This document shows positions 23,501 through 34,163 of a stretch of 64,000 bases of DNA, in pieces (position 1 is the first letter of the stretch; each line of letters opens with the position of its first letter). The stretch covers positions 310,001 through 374,000 of the forward strand of contig NW_027191460.1 of the NCBI RefSeq assembly GCF_011745625.1, in the 5' to 3' direction. The DNA is from Cladosporium halotolerans (lineage: Eukaryota). The translations under genes were made by a program, and so were the position numbers. The notes beneath the pieces were generated by a model. That model was not told the origin of the DNA. It saw only the letters and a list, made by a program, of their open reading frames with translations, and did no database searches.

Positions 23501-23972
23501 GCGTTTGCTCACGCACGGACTTGGAGACTACGACACGGCAATCCGCTATTGCCTGCTCGGTGGCTCCTCCATATTCCACCCGGGCTCCAATCTCCTTCCA
23601 GAACAGTCTTTGCCTTCCAAAGAAGAGCAAGCGAAGCTCTTCAAGACTTTGCTGCAGGAGTTCTTCCGCATCGAGGATTTCAGTGAACGTTTAGAGCGGA
23701 CGTCGGAATTGCTCGAGCGGTTTGGCGGCTGGTTTGATATTGAAGAAGTACTCGACTCAATTCCCGACAGTTGGAGCGTGGAGCTTGTCAGCGGTTTCCT
23801 GTTACATGCGCTGCGAAGACTGGTACGGGAGAAGAACGAGACGGTGGTCGTCAAGGCGTTGAGCTCGGCTCAGAACCTCAGGAACAGCGTGGAGACCGCC
23901 GAGAAGCTTGAGAGTTTGCGCCCAGTCATTCAAACAAGCGAAGATGAAAGCAAGGGCGTGGACGTACAATGA
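20541..23972 (+). CDS. VPS3: Vps3/TGFBRAP1-like CORVET subunit (CNH domain plus helical repeats), 1143 aa
   Basis: CNH start ITCVDAWNGNLYIGTSAGELLHF, GVGMFVNLEGDVVRGTIEF, YLEHLVF, GKHEEALRLLTHGLGDYDTAIRYC and VLDSIPDSWSV. Confidence 0.85.
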   Translation: MEAQHGSLSDDSDAAYVLRDLINDVPLSADGEHNNAYITCVDAWNGNLYIGTSAGELLHFVSIPPEAGDESGQPSWIIASRLQPPFNTAQEPPDNGVKQILILPQAGKACVLCNGTLTFYTLPELSPAFGGKIKQAGCTWVGGVDRNEELEEREETSNGTVIVIALKQRLRLIRIGEEARKIRDIELGGVGAIQRRGDLACVADGTSYSLLDVVNQRKNDLFPISSIIEPDPAAQTAGQGSSHRATGSISNRSPVRMGRHERNVSSGSQIKDNDRLQPGSSSPWPARSSSKASASPTESPSRTTSPQKQEQESVPPPPPPKDIVAAKETSNRPLPPNIASPTPTEFLLTTGTKASEPGVGMFVNLEGDVVRGTIEFTSYPHGLVLEGGREGVPPEALGSESDGYVLALVQRTIQGKRQSAIEVQRWDAEPGEAHRTKHWLQLPDVYPTSNEDAMDDGVGMRTASTPNELAVPEIGINLRLRRLQVGSDSESTNESEEKRNGEEDKITARFARTKASVMLFHHDKVHWLVRSSLLVQLERRLDRAVSRNGRMSINAGRVQEVINDIRGQEAQNELEFITLTYIRQKASLLLFGNLLLTTGDGVIAYERDKRAAGEALVEGELDPRTILCLVQPLSEEVKAGSDGIWISQGLRDTIQSLRDAMGDTELVPDTRGPYGDNLLQVIKRYLMAWRKKKGFGSVADETHVFQTVDAALLHVLLLLDQHSPRGPATGGSVRAELNDVVDKGVDCFDRAVELFEKFDRLYVLSRLYQSRKMVGQVLATWRRIVDGEHDVGGELLEGEHDIRRYLTKIRDQHLVQDYGAWLANRNPKLGVQVFADENARVKFQPSEAVALLKEKAPGAVKDYLEHLVFGKNHVQYVNDLISFYLDTVLHELERSDQAKATLVESYETYRALVPPKPTYRQFITDNSIDAEWWQNRLRLLQLIGGSHGAASKYDVHTVGKRLKPYSNELVPEMIILNGREGKHEEALRLLTHGLGDYDTAIRYCLLGGSSIFHPGSNLLPEQSLPSKEEQAKLFKTLLQEFFRIEDFSERLERTSELLERFGGWFDIEEVLDSIPDSWSVELVSGFLLHALRRLVREKNETVVVKALSSAQNLRNSVETAEKLESLRPVIQTSEDESKGVDVQ

Positions 23973-24230
23973 TTGCTATATGTATGACTGTAAGAAGATT
24001 TTCTAGATTAAGTATTCTGGTTATATACGCTTTCACATCTATTGTGAATTGAGCCAATCAGTTGTCGTGTGTTGTTTCCTGTGTTCACAAGCTTATCTTA
24101 TCTTATCTCCGACCTCGCTCTTATCGTCGTCGTCCAACTTTCTTAGACCGCCATGAGCCATTGAGGAGAGCCGTTACCCTCGTCATCCCACTGCGACGTG
24201 CCTTACACTCCGCGACGTGACCTGTTGGCC

Positions 24231-25500
24231 ATGTCTGCTTCCCTTCCCGGTAACAGGGACCTTCCTGCCTCCCAGTATGACCTCAGCACATACTGGGGCC
24301 GCGTGCGACATGCCGCGAACCTTTCGGACCCGAGGTGAGACTCATTGAGCTGGAGCTATGCGATGTGACGCCGCGTTACGCGCAAGCGCACCTGAAGATT
24401 CTTGGAGGATATGCGACTCGAGCATGGGTCAGTACAATACTTGTGTTCGATCGCGCGCTCTCTCAATCTCCCCTGCATCAACCTAGGACGACATTTGGTT
24501 GAAAAACTTGGAATGGACCAGCGCTAACCATGGCGATGACAGCACGCTCTTCACCTCGTCAGCGGGCCTCGAAAAGGCAAAGAGCATGATCACAGACTAC
24601 AAGCAGGGAAGGACTGCGGAGATGACACCTGAGCTGTGGACGGCGAAGAAGACGATTGACAGCACGCTGCACCCTGGTCCGTACAAGAAGATTGGATAAG
24701 AGGATGGTTACTGAATAATTATGACAGATACCGGCGAGCCCGTCCTGCTGCCCTTCCGCATGTCCGCCTTTGTCTTCTCGAACTTGGTCGTCACTGCGGG
24801 CATGCTCACACCCGGCCTGGGAACTGCTGGCACCGCTGGCTGGCAGGTTGCCAACCAGTCGCTCAACGTCGCAATCAATGCCTCCAACGCCAACAAGGCA
24901 ACTCCTCTGTCCACAGGCAAGATCGTTCAATCATACTTCATGGCAGTGGGAGCGTCTTGCGGTGTCGCACTTGGCCTCAAGGCCGTCGTCCCACGTCTCC
25001 GTGTCAGCCCCGCTGCGCGCACCGTTCTGGGACGTCTTGTTCCGTTCGCAGCTGTCGCCACTGCCGGTGCCCTGAACGTCTTCCTCATGCGCGGCGAGGA
25101 GATTAGGAACGGCATCCCCGTCTACCCAAGCGAGTCCGTAGCCGCCCGCGCAAAGCGCGAAGCTGCCAACGAGCCTTTGAAGCCCTTGGGCAAGAGCCAG
25201 AAGGCAGGGACTCTGGCTGTCGGCGAGACAGCCATCTCTCGCGTACTGAACGCAACTCCCATCATGGTCCTTCCGCCCCTCATTCTTGTGCGCCTGCAGC
25301 AGACAGCTTGGCTCCAGCAGAGGCCTCGCATGGTCATGCCCGTCAACCTCGGTCTCATTTTCGCCACCTCGATCTTCGCCCTTCCGCTCGCGCTCGCAGC
25401 GTTCCCTCAGAAACAGGCTGTCAAGGCTACGAGTCTGGAGAAGGAGTTCTGGGATCAAGCCGGCGAGGACGGATTGGTTGAGTTTAACCGCGGCATTTGA
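24231..25500 (+). CDS. FSF1: Sideroflexin, mitochondrial carrier (3 exons: 24231-24334, 24543-24676, 24728-25500)
   Basis: QYDLSTYWGRVRH…DPSTLF, DSTLHPDTGEPVLLPFRMS, WQVANQSLNVAINASNANK, FLMRGEE, ETAISRV and terminal EFNRGI. Confidence 0.95.
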
Positions 25501-26033
25501 GGGATACATTTCATACATTAGCATAATTTGCATATGTTCGTGCTAATTTCACTTCTACATGGTGTGACCAGGCGCTGGAGGTCAGGGCCGATAGATTCGC
25601 TGGAGCCTTTACAAAGCGAACTGGACCCTTTAAGGCGGCTCGTCCAGTTTTTACTTACATAGACCATCGAACGCTTTGATCGTTCCGGCCTTTTTCCCCC
25701 AATCTCACCGCGTGGCGATGTCCGTCGCTCAGCCCGTATGGTCGCATGGAAGATGCTTCCAACGTCCAATTCATTCTTCTGCATGTCAGAGATTCCGAGT
25801 AACGATTCAAATCCATGAGGGTCAACTTTTAGCTTCTTTGTAGGAAATTGCAAAGCTTCAAAACGGTGTCTGTATCGAACTGCATGAGGTGGTGATGTCT
25901 GGCTTTCCACAGGATGCCGAAGATTCCAAAAGTATGAACTGCTTCAATGGGTATCGTGCAAACTCCGTCCCTTCAACCCCGACAATTTGAAAGACTGGGT
26001 AGGGCAGACCGAATGATTTGCAGTGTTCATCCG

Positions 26034-26823
26034 TCATTTAGGTGTGACAATGGGCAAGTCCGAGGCTTTTTCTAGACGAGAAGTCAGACATGGATTGTAT
26101 TATTGAAGTGCAAGGGTGGTCGTAGCACATACTTTCGTTATGCTCTTTTGGCATCGATATGAAGTCCTCGTCATCTCCACGATCAGTCTCGTCCTCTTGC
26201 GCCACGCTTTCGTCTGTTTTGGCCCTCACGGTGTTTCGAGGTTCCGAGAGATCATCGACATCGACTATTATCCGAGATTGGCGCTTAGCTGGATAAACAA
26301 GAGTGTAGCTACGGTCGTCACTAAATTTTCTGTCGATTTTGATGTCTGGGTGTAATCCCACTATGCTTCCTGATCCGTAGAGACGATACAACGGAACAGT
26401 CCACTTGTTCGAGTGACGATATTGCAAGTTGGCTGGATCGCCTTTCTTGTCGACGATGTACAGATCTGAATGTTGAAAGACAGGGCTTGGCCTTTCGGTG
26501 ATTTTGCGATCAGTTCTGTCACTGCGCGACTTGCTGTCTTGTGACGTTACTCTTTCACGGGGGCGCCGGTCAGTTGAGCGACCGGGTGAACGATCTCTAT
26601 GTTCGTGTTTCTGATGCGACCGAGCATTGCGGACCACACAGCCTTCATGTTTCCGGTTACGCGACCTGATTTCTGATTTGTCGATGCGGTGCTTGCTTGG
26701 TTCGACCTTCGCATCATCCCTTTTCGGATCTTGTTGTGATCCTGTTACAACGCTGCTGCTGGGTCTCTTCTTGGGCTGGAAGCTGCCAAACTTAGGCACC
26801 GCTTGCCCATCCGATCCCGCCAT
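26034..26823 (-). pseudogene. NRDE2: Truncated NRDE-2 (Nrl1-like) homolog: N-terminal ~240-260 aa only
   Basis: VPKFGSFQPK and LYIVDKKGDPANLQY…VPLYRLYGSGSIVGL match the fungal NRDE-2 N-terminus. The frame stops at 26038 unspliced, or at 26034 via intron 26072-26132. There is no room for the helical-repeat region before FSF1. Confidence 0.6.
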
Positions 26824-27126
26824 TACAGTTATGTTACTTTTGAAATCGGAATTGCTTTCGTTGTCCGGAGTGTTGATCAGTAGTTTATCGAGTAAGGTTT
26901 AGGCGCCGCGAAAGTGGAGCAGCGGGCGCTCGGCTAACCTTCTGATCTGCCGCTGAAATCTTGGCAGCTCGGCAAGATCTTGCAGAAAGTTGCGGAGCGT
27001 GGACGCGAAGAAGTCCAGCCGAAGCTGTTACAAAAATTTGGAGAAGCAATACCGTCTGTGTCGCGTGCATTCTTCTGGATCTGCTACATGGCAGTCTAAT
27101 ACCTTACTTCCAGTCTCTAAGCCATC

Positions 27127-30100
27127 ATGGCGACCGCGCTGCAACAACAGCTCGCTGCCATCAGCGCAAAATCCACCGATCAACTTAACCTCAAAGCTCA
27201 GAAACAACGCCATGCTAAGTCTCTGCTATTTGAGCCTCGCGAGGCCGCGACACAGAGCTTCGATACGCTTTTCCAGATCTGCGGCGAAGGCTTCGACGAC
27301 CTCTGTGCTCTAGACAGCCGCTTCCGTGGCTTTGCGACAAATTTGTTTTCGCCGAGTAGTGTCGAAGTCGAGCGCGAGTCTTTGAACAAGAAAGAGAATG
27401 ATGATTTGGATACCATTGTGGAGCAGTTTCTGGGCCTCATCTGCGGACGCTTGTTGCTCAGACCGGCACTGAAGTGCGTGGAATGGCTTATCAGAAGGTG
27501 GAAAGCGCTCGAGCACAATGTCGATACTCTCTTGCTGGCTTTCCTTCCGTACCATGGACACGAAGTCTTCCCGACCCTGATGTCTATCTTGCCACCTCAA
27601 CTCCCGGCGACTTTCACATTCTTGAGACCGTACGTTGCTGCGTTGCAATCTCCGCCCAGGCACGCCGTGGTTGCCGCGGCTGTGGGCAATCCAGCATTCA
27701 CCACTCAGCTGAGTGGTTTCGTTCTAAACGCGGCAAAGAGGAGGCATCATTCGAGCGCTTTGATTGGGTTCTGGGCCAGCGTGACTGCGCAGGCACTCAA
27801 CGGCATGCTTGATGCTGCGCAATCTGGTCGCCCTGCGGTTCGCAAGCAGAAGATCGAAGACGTCTTGCTTCGCGTCTTGCCAGTGCTTCAAGATGCTCTC
27901 TCCGTCAAGGGTGTGGCCGAGCTCTACATGGCTACCTGCATGATCATGACCATTCTGGCAACCAAGGCTCACCTGGACGACCGGGTCCTGGACGCGATGT
28001 TGGAAGCCGTCGCTGGTGCTTGGATGCATGAGACACTGGAGGACGGGCTCCTTTGTCTGTCTGTTCTGGCCGAGGAGAAATCTCTGCTCGAGCAGCCTGC
28101 GCTCGTGACCAGGACCATTTTGTCGAACGAGGAAGCTGTAGCCACCCTTGATAGATTGAGCGACAAACACAGAACCGGAAAACTTGTGCTCGGTACCATC
28201 CTCGCTGCTGCAAAGTCGAAACAAAACATTGCAAACCAGGCGCTTCTACGCACGCTCTGCGATACTGCCTCATTGGACTTCCAACATTATGAGGTCTTAA
28301 GCCGCGAGCTGATGACAGGACTGACTGACAGCGCCTCGCATGAAGTTGCGAGGAACAAGCAACGCGGTCTCCTTCAACACCTCTCAACTTCACCAGAAGT
28401 CTCTCAGTACGTGCAAGCTGCTGCCCAGAACATCGGCAAGGATGCCAAGCAGCTTGGGCTCAGCCTTGTCGAAGTCCCTCAGGCCGAGGCTATGGTTATC
28501 GACGAGCCATCTGTTCCTGAGGTCACTGAAGCACCTGCCGTAGACTTTGCGCAGGTCTTGGGCGCCCTCCCCAAGCTGCCAACTACTGGCAAGCAGGTCT
28601 CCTTCGTTGCGTCTACCCTTGGCAGAGACTATGTCCAGGCTTACATTGACGCGTTCGAACTGGCTGCGCAGGATCAAGATCGCTTCAACCAGCTTTTGGA
28701 GGTTGCTACCCTTCACCCAAAGGAGGCGGGGACCCGACCGGAATTTCTCAGTGCGCTTGCCAGCGTATGGACTGGCTCTAAATCTGCTTTGACAAGGTCT
28801 AGTGCCGTTTCGGCAGCTACAGAAGTCATCACAAAGTCTAAGGACACGGACTTCCAGGAACTGCTTCCCTACGTCTTGACTGCTCTAAGTGACCCCAGCC
28901 AAATAGTCAGGCAGTCTGCTGCACGTCTGACACTGGCTATCTCTCAAAATTATGGAAAAGGAGCAGCGAGCGCCACCACATGGGCAAAGGACCTCATCTA
29001 CGGCGAACAGTCCACAGCTGTCAGCCACCTTAGCCCCCAAGACACTGCGAAATTCCTCTCCGAGGTTGTTTGCCCTGTCCTTGAAGACTGCATCCTTGAC
29101 CCTACTTTCCTCTCAAGAAATGTGGCCGAGAAGCTCAACGATTCTGACCTGAAATCAGCGCTCAGGTCGAATGTGTCTTCTTTCATCGCTTCTCGTGCTG
29201 TCGTTACGGGCATTCTTGGAGTGAAATTGAACCTTTTCGGGCTCCTTGCACGTCTTGGCAAGATCGCAAGCCAGGCTAGGAAAGAAAGCATCGTTCCGTA
29301 CGCCAAGAGCTTGAACCAGAGCACCGATGTCGAAGGTTCTCTAGAGCCGGCCGCGCTCCGCTGCCTCAGTCATCGCACCAGTGATGAGATTGAGACCCTT
29401 CAAGTAATTGCGCAGCAAAGCAGAGAAACGTTTGCTGCCCTGGCATTCAAGCGTCTTCGCGAGCTCTTCAGTAACATGAAGCCGCAATCACAGGTATCGG
29501 TTGCCGACTTCCTCCTTGAACAGAGCATCGCTCCCGATAATGAGATGGCCAATGTCGAGGTGTCTCGATCTACCTCAGCGCAAGATGCCCTCCGCGATGC
29601 GCAACTCACCGGCGACGTACTCGGACATCTTCTGGATGCTTTGCCCACTCCGGCCACCCTGCAAGACTCTGAGCGACCAAGCAAGCGTCGACGCACAAGC
29701 AAATCCAACACTGATGAACCTAAAAATGTTGATCGCGCGCAGCTGGATCTTGCGCTTCGCAAAATCACCTTGGTGCTGGAGCTTGTCGAAGCCAGCACTT
29801 CGTCCAAGCGTGCAGAGCCCATGCCGCAGCTATTGAAGGGACTCTTCCACCTCCTGAGCGAGGTTCATCGCTGGCGCATCCTTGCAGATTCCGATCTAGT
29901 CTATGTCCAGAGCTTGGTTCTGGGAGATCTCTTGGCTGTAGTCAACAGCTTGGAGGCTTCTACAGCTAAGCAGCTTGATCGCTCTGTCCTCCGCACTGAT
30001 TTGATCGTCGAAGCACTTCGCTCTACCAACAGTCCGCAGGTCCATAACACGGCTCTGCTGCTCATCAGCAGACTCGCAACTCTAGCCCCGGAGACTGTCC

Positions 30101-32397
30101 TGCACAGTGTCATGCCTCTCTTCACCTTCATGAGCACAAACACTCTCCGTCAAGCCGATCAGTACGCCTCTCACGTCGTCAACATGACGGTTGAGAGTAT
30201 CGTGCCGCCTCTTGCAGCTTCCCTTAAGAAGGGTGGCAGGGATCTCATTCAGGGTGCCAGCGAGCTCTTGCTCAGCTTTACCGCCGCTTGGGAGCACATG
30301 CCGCTGCACAGGCGTCTGGCTACGTTCAAGCATCTCGTGCAGACCCTTGGAGAGGGTGAAGCGCTGTTCGCGGTGATTGCTATGCTCGTTGAAAGGTATA
30401 GACAAGACAACACCCTTCCGACATTTGTCAAGGAGCTTTGCAACGCATGCAGAGTCGACACACAGCTACTAGCAGTCAGACAGTATTTGAACCTTATCTC
30501 AGAGGCATGCAAGCCTAGGAGGCCTGTCGCAGATGCGATCCTGGGCTTCGGGGAGAAGAATGCCGAACAGGTCAAGGAGAGCATTGTTGTCCTGTTCGAC
30601 GGTCTGCCTGTTATTCTGACCAATCCTGCTCTTCGCAAGGGCGTTGCCTCTGAGATGCAGAAGAGTGAAGAGGCCGCAGAGCAGATTCGTCAGATTTACG
30701 GAGATATCCTGGAGCGCGTTGTGTCCTTCCCGCGTACGCAGACCGGCAAGGGCGGCGTCGATGTTCAAGATGTTCGCATTGCGGCTGCCAATGAGCGCTC
30801 TCTCGAGGCCTTGCTTGGGCTGATGCCCACTGAAGAGTTCATCGAGGCCTCGGCTGGTCTGATGCAGACGGGCTCCGAAGCCGTGCGCACTCGTGTCTTC
30901 ACCTCTCTTACTGAGCGTGTCGGAAACGCGAAGCAGAGCAACATGGCTCTGCGCACGGTCTTCATCGATGCCTTGCCGAACTGCACTGCTTTCCTGGTAT
31001 CGTCGCAACCGATCAGTGTCAGGAGAGCCGCCATCGAGTGCGTTGACGGCATCGTCGAGAAATACGGAAAGCTCGATCGTGCCGCGTGCGCCGATGCTGC
31101 TGAGATCGTTGCCGGCGACGCCGCCCTCGGCACTGCGGAAGGCGGGCTTAGGGTTACCAGTCTGCTCTGCTTGTCCAGCATGGTGGACAGTCTGGCCGAA
31201 GATATGCTCGGTCTGACTCCTGTTGTTCTGGACAAGGCACTTGGGTTCCTCGAGGGCGATGATGAAGATGAAGTCGTCCAGATGCGGGATGCTGTGTTCA
31301 CTTTCTTGAACGCTCTTCTTGACACCCTGCCCTTCACCTTGTCTGCAACATACCTCGACCGTGCCATCATCGCCGCTGCCAAATCCGTACAGCAGGATGG
31401 TGAGCGTGCATGGGCTGTACAGCAGTTCAGCTCTTTGGCCGCCAAGAAGGTTGCATTCCCAGAACTCGCCTCGTCCATGTCGCGTGTTTGGGAGACCGTT
31501 GCTCAAGCTGGAGGAGAATCTGCCTTGCTTTGCGTGGAAATGCTCCAGCAGGCCATCAAGGCGCACACTAAGGCAACTGTCACCAGGCATGCCGCAACAC
31601 TATTCCCATCCGTGCTCAAGGCATTCGATCTCCGCCGTGTACTGTCGGAAGACGAGGGCAACGACGCATTCGATCTTGTCGGTCAGACGGCTATGGACAT
31701 GACGCTCAAGCTGAACGACACCACATTCCGTCCTTTCTTCCTGCGCCTTGTCAGCTGGGCCGCCGAGGAGCTGCCCAAGACCGACCTGACCGGCCGAACC
31801 CTCAGAGGCGTTGCGCTGTACGATTTCGCACACCGTCTGTTCGAGCAGTTGGGCGGCCTGGTTACAGGCTACTCCGGTGTAGTCCTCGAGAATGTCGTCG
31901 CCGTCCTCGAGGCCGCCGACAGTGCCTCTCAAGAAGGCCGCGAGCTGATCGCGCACACCCTGCGCGCCATGCAGAGCTCCTTCAGCCACGACCAGGACGA
32001 CTTCTGGTCCGCTCCGCAACATTTCGACGCCATTCTCGCCCCTCTCGTCAACCTCCTGGCGTCGGCTACATCACTATCCGCTGGTTCTATCATTCCAGCT
32101 ATCACGGCTTTCGCAGATTCCGTCTCCGCCTCTCAAGACAACCTCAAGACTCTCAACTCGTCCATCATGGCGCTGCTCAAGCACGAGTCCGATGCCGTTC
32201 GCCTGGCCGCTGTGCAGTGCGAGCGCGCTGTCACGCAGGGTCTAGGCTTCGAGTGGCTCAACCTGCTACCTGAGATGCTGCCGGTCATCAGCGAGCTGCT
32301 GGAGGACGACAACGAGGACGTGGAGAGGGAATGCCTTGCTTGGGTCAGGGAGATCGAGGGTGTTACAGGAGAGAGTCTGGAGGGAATGCTTTCTTAA
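27127..32397 (+). CDS. UTP10: U3 snoRNP-associated HEAT-repeat protein Utp10 (1756 aa)
   Basis: MATALQQQLAAI…SLLFEPREAATQ, KCVEWLIRRW, LAFLPYH, BP28CT region LKLNDTTFRPFF and C-terminal LPEMLPVISELLEDDNEDVE. Confidence 0.97.
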   Translation: MATALQQQLAAISAKSTDQLNLKAQKQRHAKSLLFEPREAATQSFDTLFQICGEGFDDLCALDSRFRGFATNLFSPSSVEVERESLNKKENDDLDTIVEQFLGLICGRLLLRPALKCVEWLIRRWKALEHNVDTLLLAFLPYHGHEVFPTLMSILPPQLPATFTFLRPYVAALQSPPRHAVVAAAVGNPAFTTQLSGFVLNAAKRRHHSSALIGFWASVTAQALNGMLDAAQSGRPAVRKQKIEDVLLRVLPVLQDALSVKGVAELYMATCMIMTILATKAHLDDRVLDAMLEAVAGAWMHETLEDGLLCLSVLAEEKSLLEQPALVTRTILSNEEAVATLDRLSDKHRTGKLVLGTILAAAKSKQNIANQALLRTLCDTASLDFQHYEVLSRELMTGLTDSASHEVARNKQRGLLQHLSTSPEVSQYVQAAAQNIGKDAKQLGLSLVEVPQAEAMVIDEPSVPEVTEAPAVDFAQVLGALPKLPTTGKQVSFVASTLGRDYVQAYIDAFELAAQDQDRFNQLLEVATLHPKEAGTRPEFLSALASVWTGSKSALTRSSAVSAATEVITKSKDTDFQELLPYVLTALSDPSQIVRQSAARLTLAISQNYGKGAASATTWAKDLIYGEQSTAVSHLSPQDTAKFLSEVVCPVLEDCILDPTFLSRNVAEKLNDSDLKSALRSNVSSFIASRAVVTGILGVKLNLFGLLARLGKIASQARKESIVPYAKSLNQSTDVEGSLEPAALRCLSHRTSDEIETLQVIAQQSRETFAALAFKRLRELFSNMKPQSQVSVADFLLEQSIAPDNEMANVEVSRSTSAQDALRDAQLTGDVLGHLLDALPTPATLQDSERPSKRRRTSKSNTDEPKNVDRAQLDLALRKITLVLELVEASTSSKRAEPMPQLLKGLFHLLSEVHRWRILADSDLVYVQSLVLGDLLAVVNSLEASTAKQLDRSVLRTDLIVEALRSTNSPQVHNTALLLISRLATLAPETVLHSVMPLFTFMSTNTLRQADQYASHVVNMTVESIVPPLAASLKKGGRDLIQGASELLLSFTAAWEHMPLHRRLATFKHLVQTLGEGEALFAVIAMLVERYRQDNTLPTFVKELCNACRVDTQLLAVRQYLNLISEACKPRRPVADAILGFGEKNAEQVKESIVVLFDGLPVILTNPALRKGVASEMQKSEEAAEQIRQIYGDILERVVSFPRTQTGKGGVDVQDVRIAAANERSLEALLGLMPTEEFIEASAGLMQTGSEAVRTRVFTSLTERVGNAKQSNMALRTVFIDALPNCTAFLVSSQPISVRRAAIECVDGIVEKYGKLDRAACADAAEIVAGDAALGTAEGGLRVTSLLCLSSMVDSLAEDMLGLTPVVLDKALGFLEGDDEDEVVQMRDAVFTFLNALLDTLPFTLSATYLDRAIIAAAKSVQQDGERAWAVQQFSSLAAKKVAFPELASSMSRVWETVAQAGGESALLCVEMLQQAIKAHTKATVTRHAATLFPSVLKAFDLRRVLSEDEGNDAFDLVGQTAMDMTLKLNDTTFRPFFLRLVSWAAEELPKTDLTGRTLRGVALYDFAHRLFEQLGGLVTGYSGVVLENVVAVLEAADSASQEGRELIAHTLRAMQSSFSHDQDDFWSAPQHFDAILAPLVNLLASATSLSAGSIIPAITAFADSVSASQDNLKTLNSSIMALLKHESDAVRLAAVQCERAVTQGLGFEWLNLLPEMLPVISELLEDDNEDVERECLAWVREIEGVTGESLEGMLS

Positions 32398-32913
32398 GGT
32401 ATGGGCACTCAACGCGATGAGGAGTGGGATGGAGATTGTGTAGCGTTATTGTAGCCATATTCTTGTATGTTTGAATAACTAGTATGATCTCTTTCATAAG
32501 CCTACGCCCGTCCTGGGTCTTGATTGATTTGCTGCGATCTATCTTATTAACGCGAATGCGATCGAGAGACTCGAAAAGAGACATTTCACATTGTCAATTC
32601 GGCTAACCCATTGACTATTGCAAACGGGATAGAGAAAACCCTCATGTGGAAGACATTCCTGGCATAGATACAACGATTTACCTTATGCCGAACTCAAGTG
32701 GAGCCGCCGTCGCGAGCGTGACCGAGATTGACGTCACAGCTCGATGGTCCAGGATGGAAGGGTCAAATCTCTATGTGTCTACGACCTTGCCAGTCATTCT
32801 CGATATCATCTCCAATCTTATATGTTCGACTCATAATAGTAGAAGATTTGACCCTGTCAACCTTCACGTCACATCACTTTTATAGCTTTACGTTCAAGCC
32901 ACACAGCAACACA

Positions 32914-33298
32914 ATGGCCGCCGGAGAGAACGCCGCTGAGAAGCTCAAGGGCGCATTCCACCAGGGCAGTGTATGTCTTGTGAACCCTATTATTCTTGAG
33001 GATCCTGTTTGTTAACAGCATTCGTCTACAGGAAGCCAGCGAGAGCGCCCGCCAAAACACGAACTCCTTCTTCGACACCCTGACAAGTGGTAGCAAAGCC
33101 GACACTGCCGACACCAGCGCTGGTCAGCAGGCGCGCACGACTGGTGGTGTCGAGGGTGACAAGACCCTCACAGGCGGTCACGAAAATGCAAAGGGTGGCA
33201 CTGGATTCAATAAGGACGCCGAGGTTATTGGCGGAGCTGCAAAAGACGGCGCGGAAAATGTCGCCGAGAAGGCCAAGAGGAAGTTCTACGGCTACTAG
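32914..33298 (+). CDS. Small hydrophilic Gly/Ala/Thr-rich protein (~107 aa; intron 32971-33031), stress/LEA-like
   Basis: TATA-like TTTATAG at ~32879, acaATG, a GTATGT…GTTAAC…CAG intron, and a product with no Cys or Trp. Confidence 0.7.
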
Positions 33299-33407
33299 AT
33301 GAGATGATGACGGAGTCGCGATGATACCCAATCTTAATAGAAGAACGAGAAATTGAAAATCGATTCGTGCGTAACTATACGATTTGTCATTATGTGAAGC
33401 GTCAGAT

Positions 33408-34163
33408 CTAGAAGTCCTTCTTGGGAGCACCACCGCTCTCGTCTCCGGCGCCGTGCTGCCTGACAGGCTCCTTCGCAGCACCCTTGTCCTTCTCGAAGTA
33501 CTTGACCTCCTCGGAGTCCATGTGCTTCATGACAGTGTCGGCCTGCCACTTCTTGAAGCTGAAACCGAGGCCGTCGTGGCTGTAGTCCTTGTCGTTCGCC
33601 TGGTCCTTGTGGTACTTGACCTGAATGAAGTCCGAATCCACGGTGTCCGGATCCAGGCTCAACGAGACCAAAGCGTTGATCGTGGCAGTCTTAGGAATGA
33701 CCTTGAACGTCCACGACTGCTCGTTCTTGAACTGGATGAGGTCCCTGTCGTTCTTAATGACCTCATAACGCTCGTTCTTGGAATCCTTGAAGAGCTTGGG
33801 CAGTGCGAACCACTGGCCGGCCATCTTGTAGCGGTCGTTGGCGTACACGAACTGGTCGTCGTAGACGCAGTCAGGCGTGTACCGCTCGACGCGTTTGATC
33901 GTTGGCTCGCAGGAGTACAGAGCAATAATGTCTTCGACGAGGGCCTGACGAGCAGGGGACAGTTTGATTGACTTGCTGGGGTCGGGAGTGTAGTCTTCGG
34001 AGGTCGCGGTCTGGCGAGGCTCAAATTGCTCGCCTGGTGCTGAGGACATTTTGCTGGTGCTTGTAAGGCTACGAAACGGCGAGCTGATCTGAGTGAGGGC
34101 TTTTGGTTGTGTAGTCGTACGGATGGTCGTTCTGGCTGGTGAGAATATCTTTTGAGCTAGCAT
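33408..34163 (-). CDS. Conserved fungal protein, SnoaL/NTF2-like (251 aa)
   Basis: Strong codon bias. IIALYSCEPTIKRVERYTPDCVYDDQFVYANDRYKMAGQWFALPKLF…YHKDQAN resembles fungal NTF2-like proteins. Confidence 0.8.
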   Translation of the reverse strand: MLAQKIFSPARTTIRTTTQPKALTQISSPFRSLTSTSKMSSAPGEQFEPRQTATSEDYTPDPSKSIKLSPARQALVEDIIALYSCEPTIKRVERYTPDCVYDDQFVYANDRYKMAGQWFALPKLFKDSKNERYEVIKNDRDLIQFKNEQSWTFKVIPKTATINALVSLSLDPDTVDSDFIQVKYHKDQANDKDYSHDGLGFSFKKWQADTVMKHMDSEEVKYFEKDKGAAKEPVRQHGAGDESGGAPKKDF

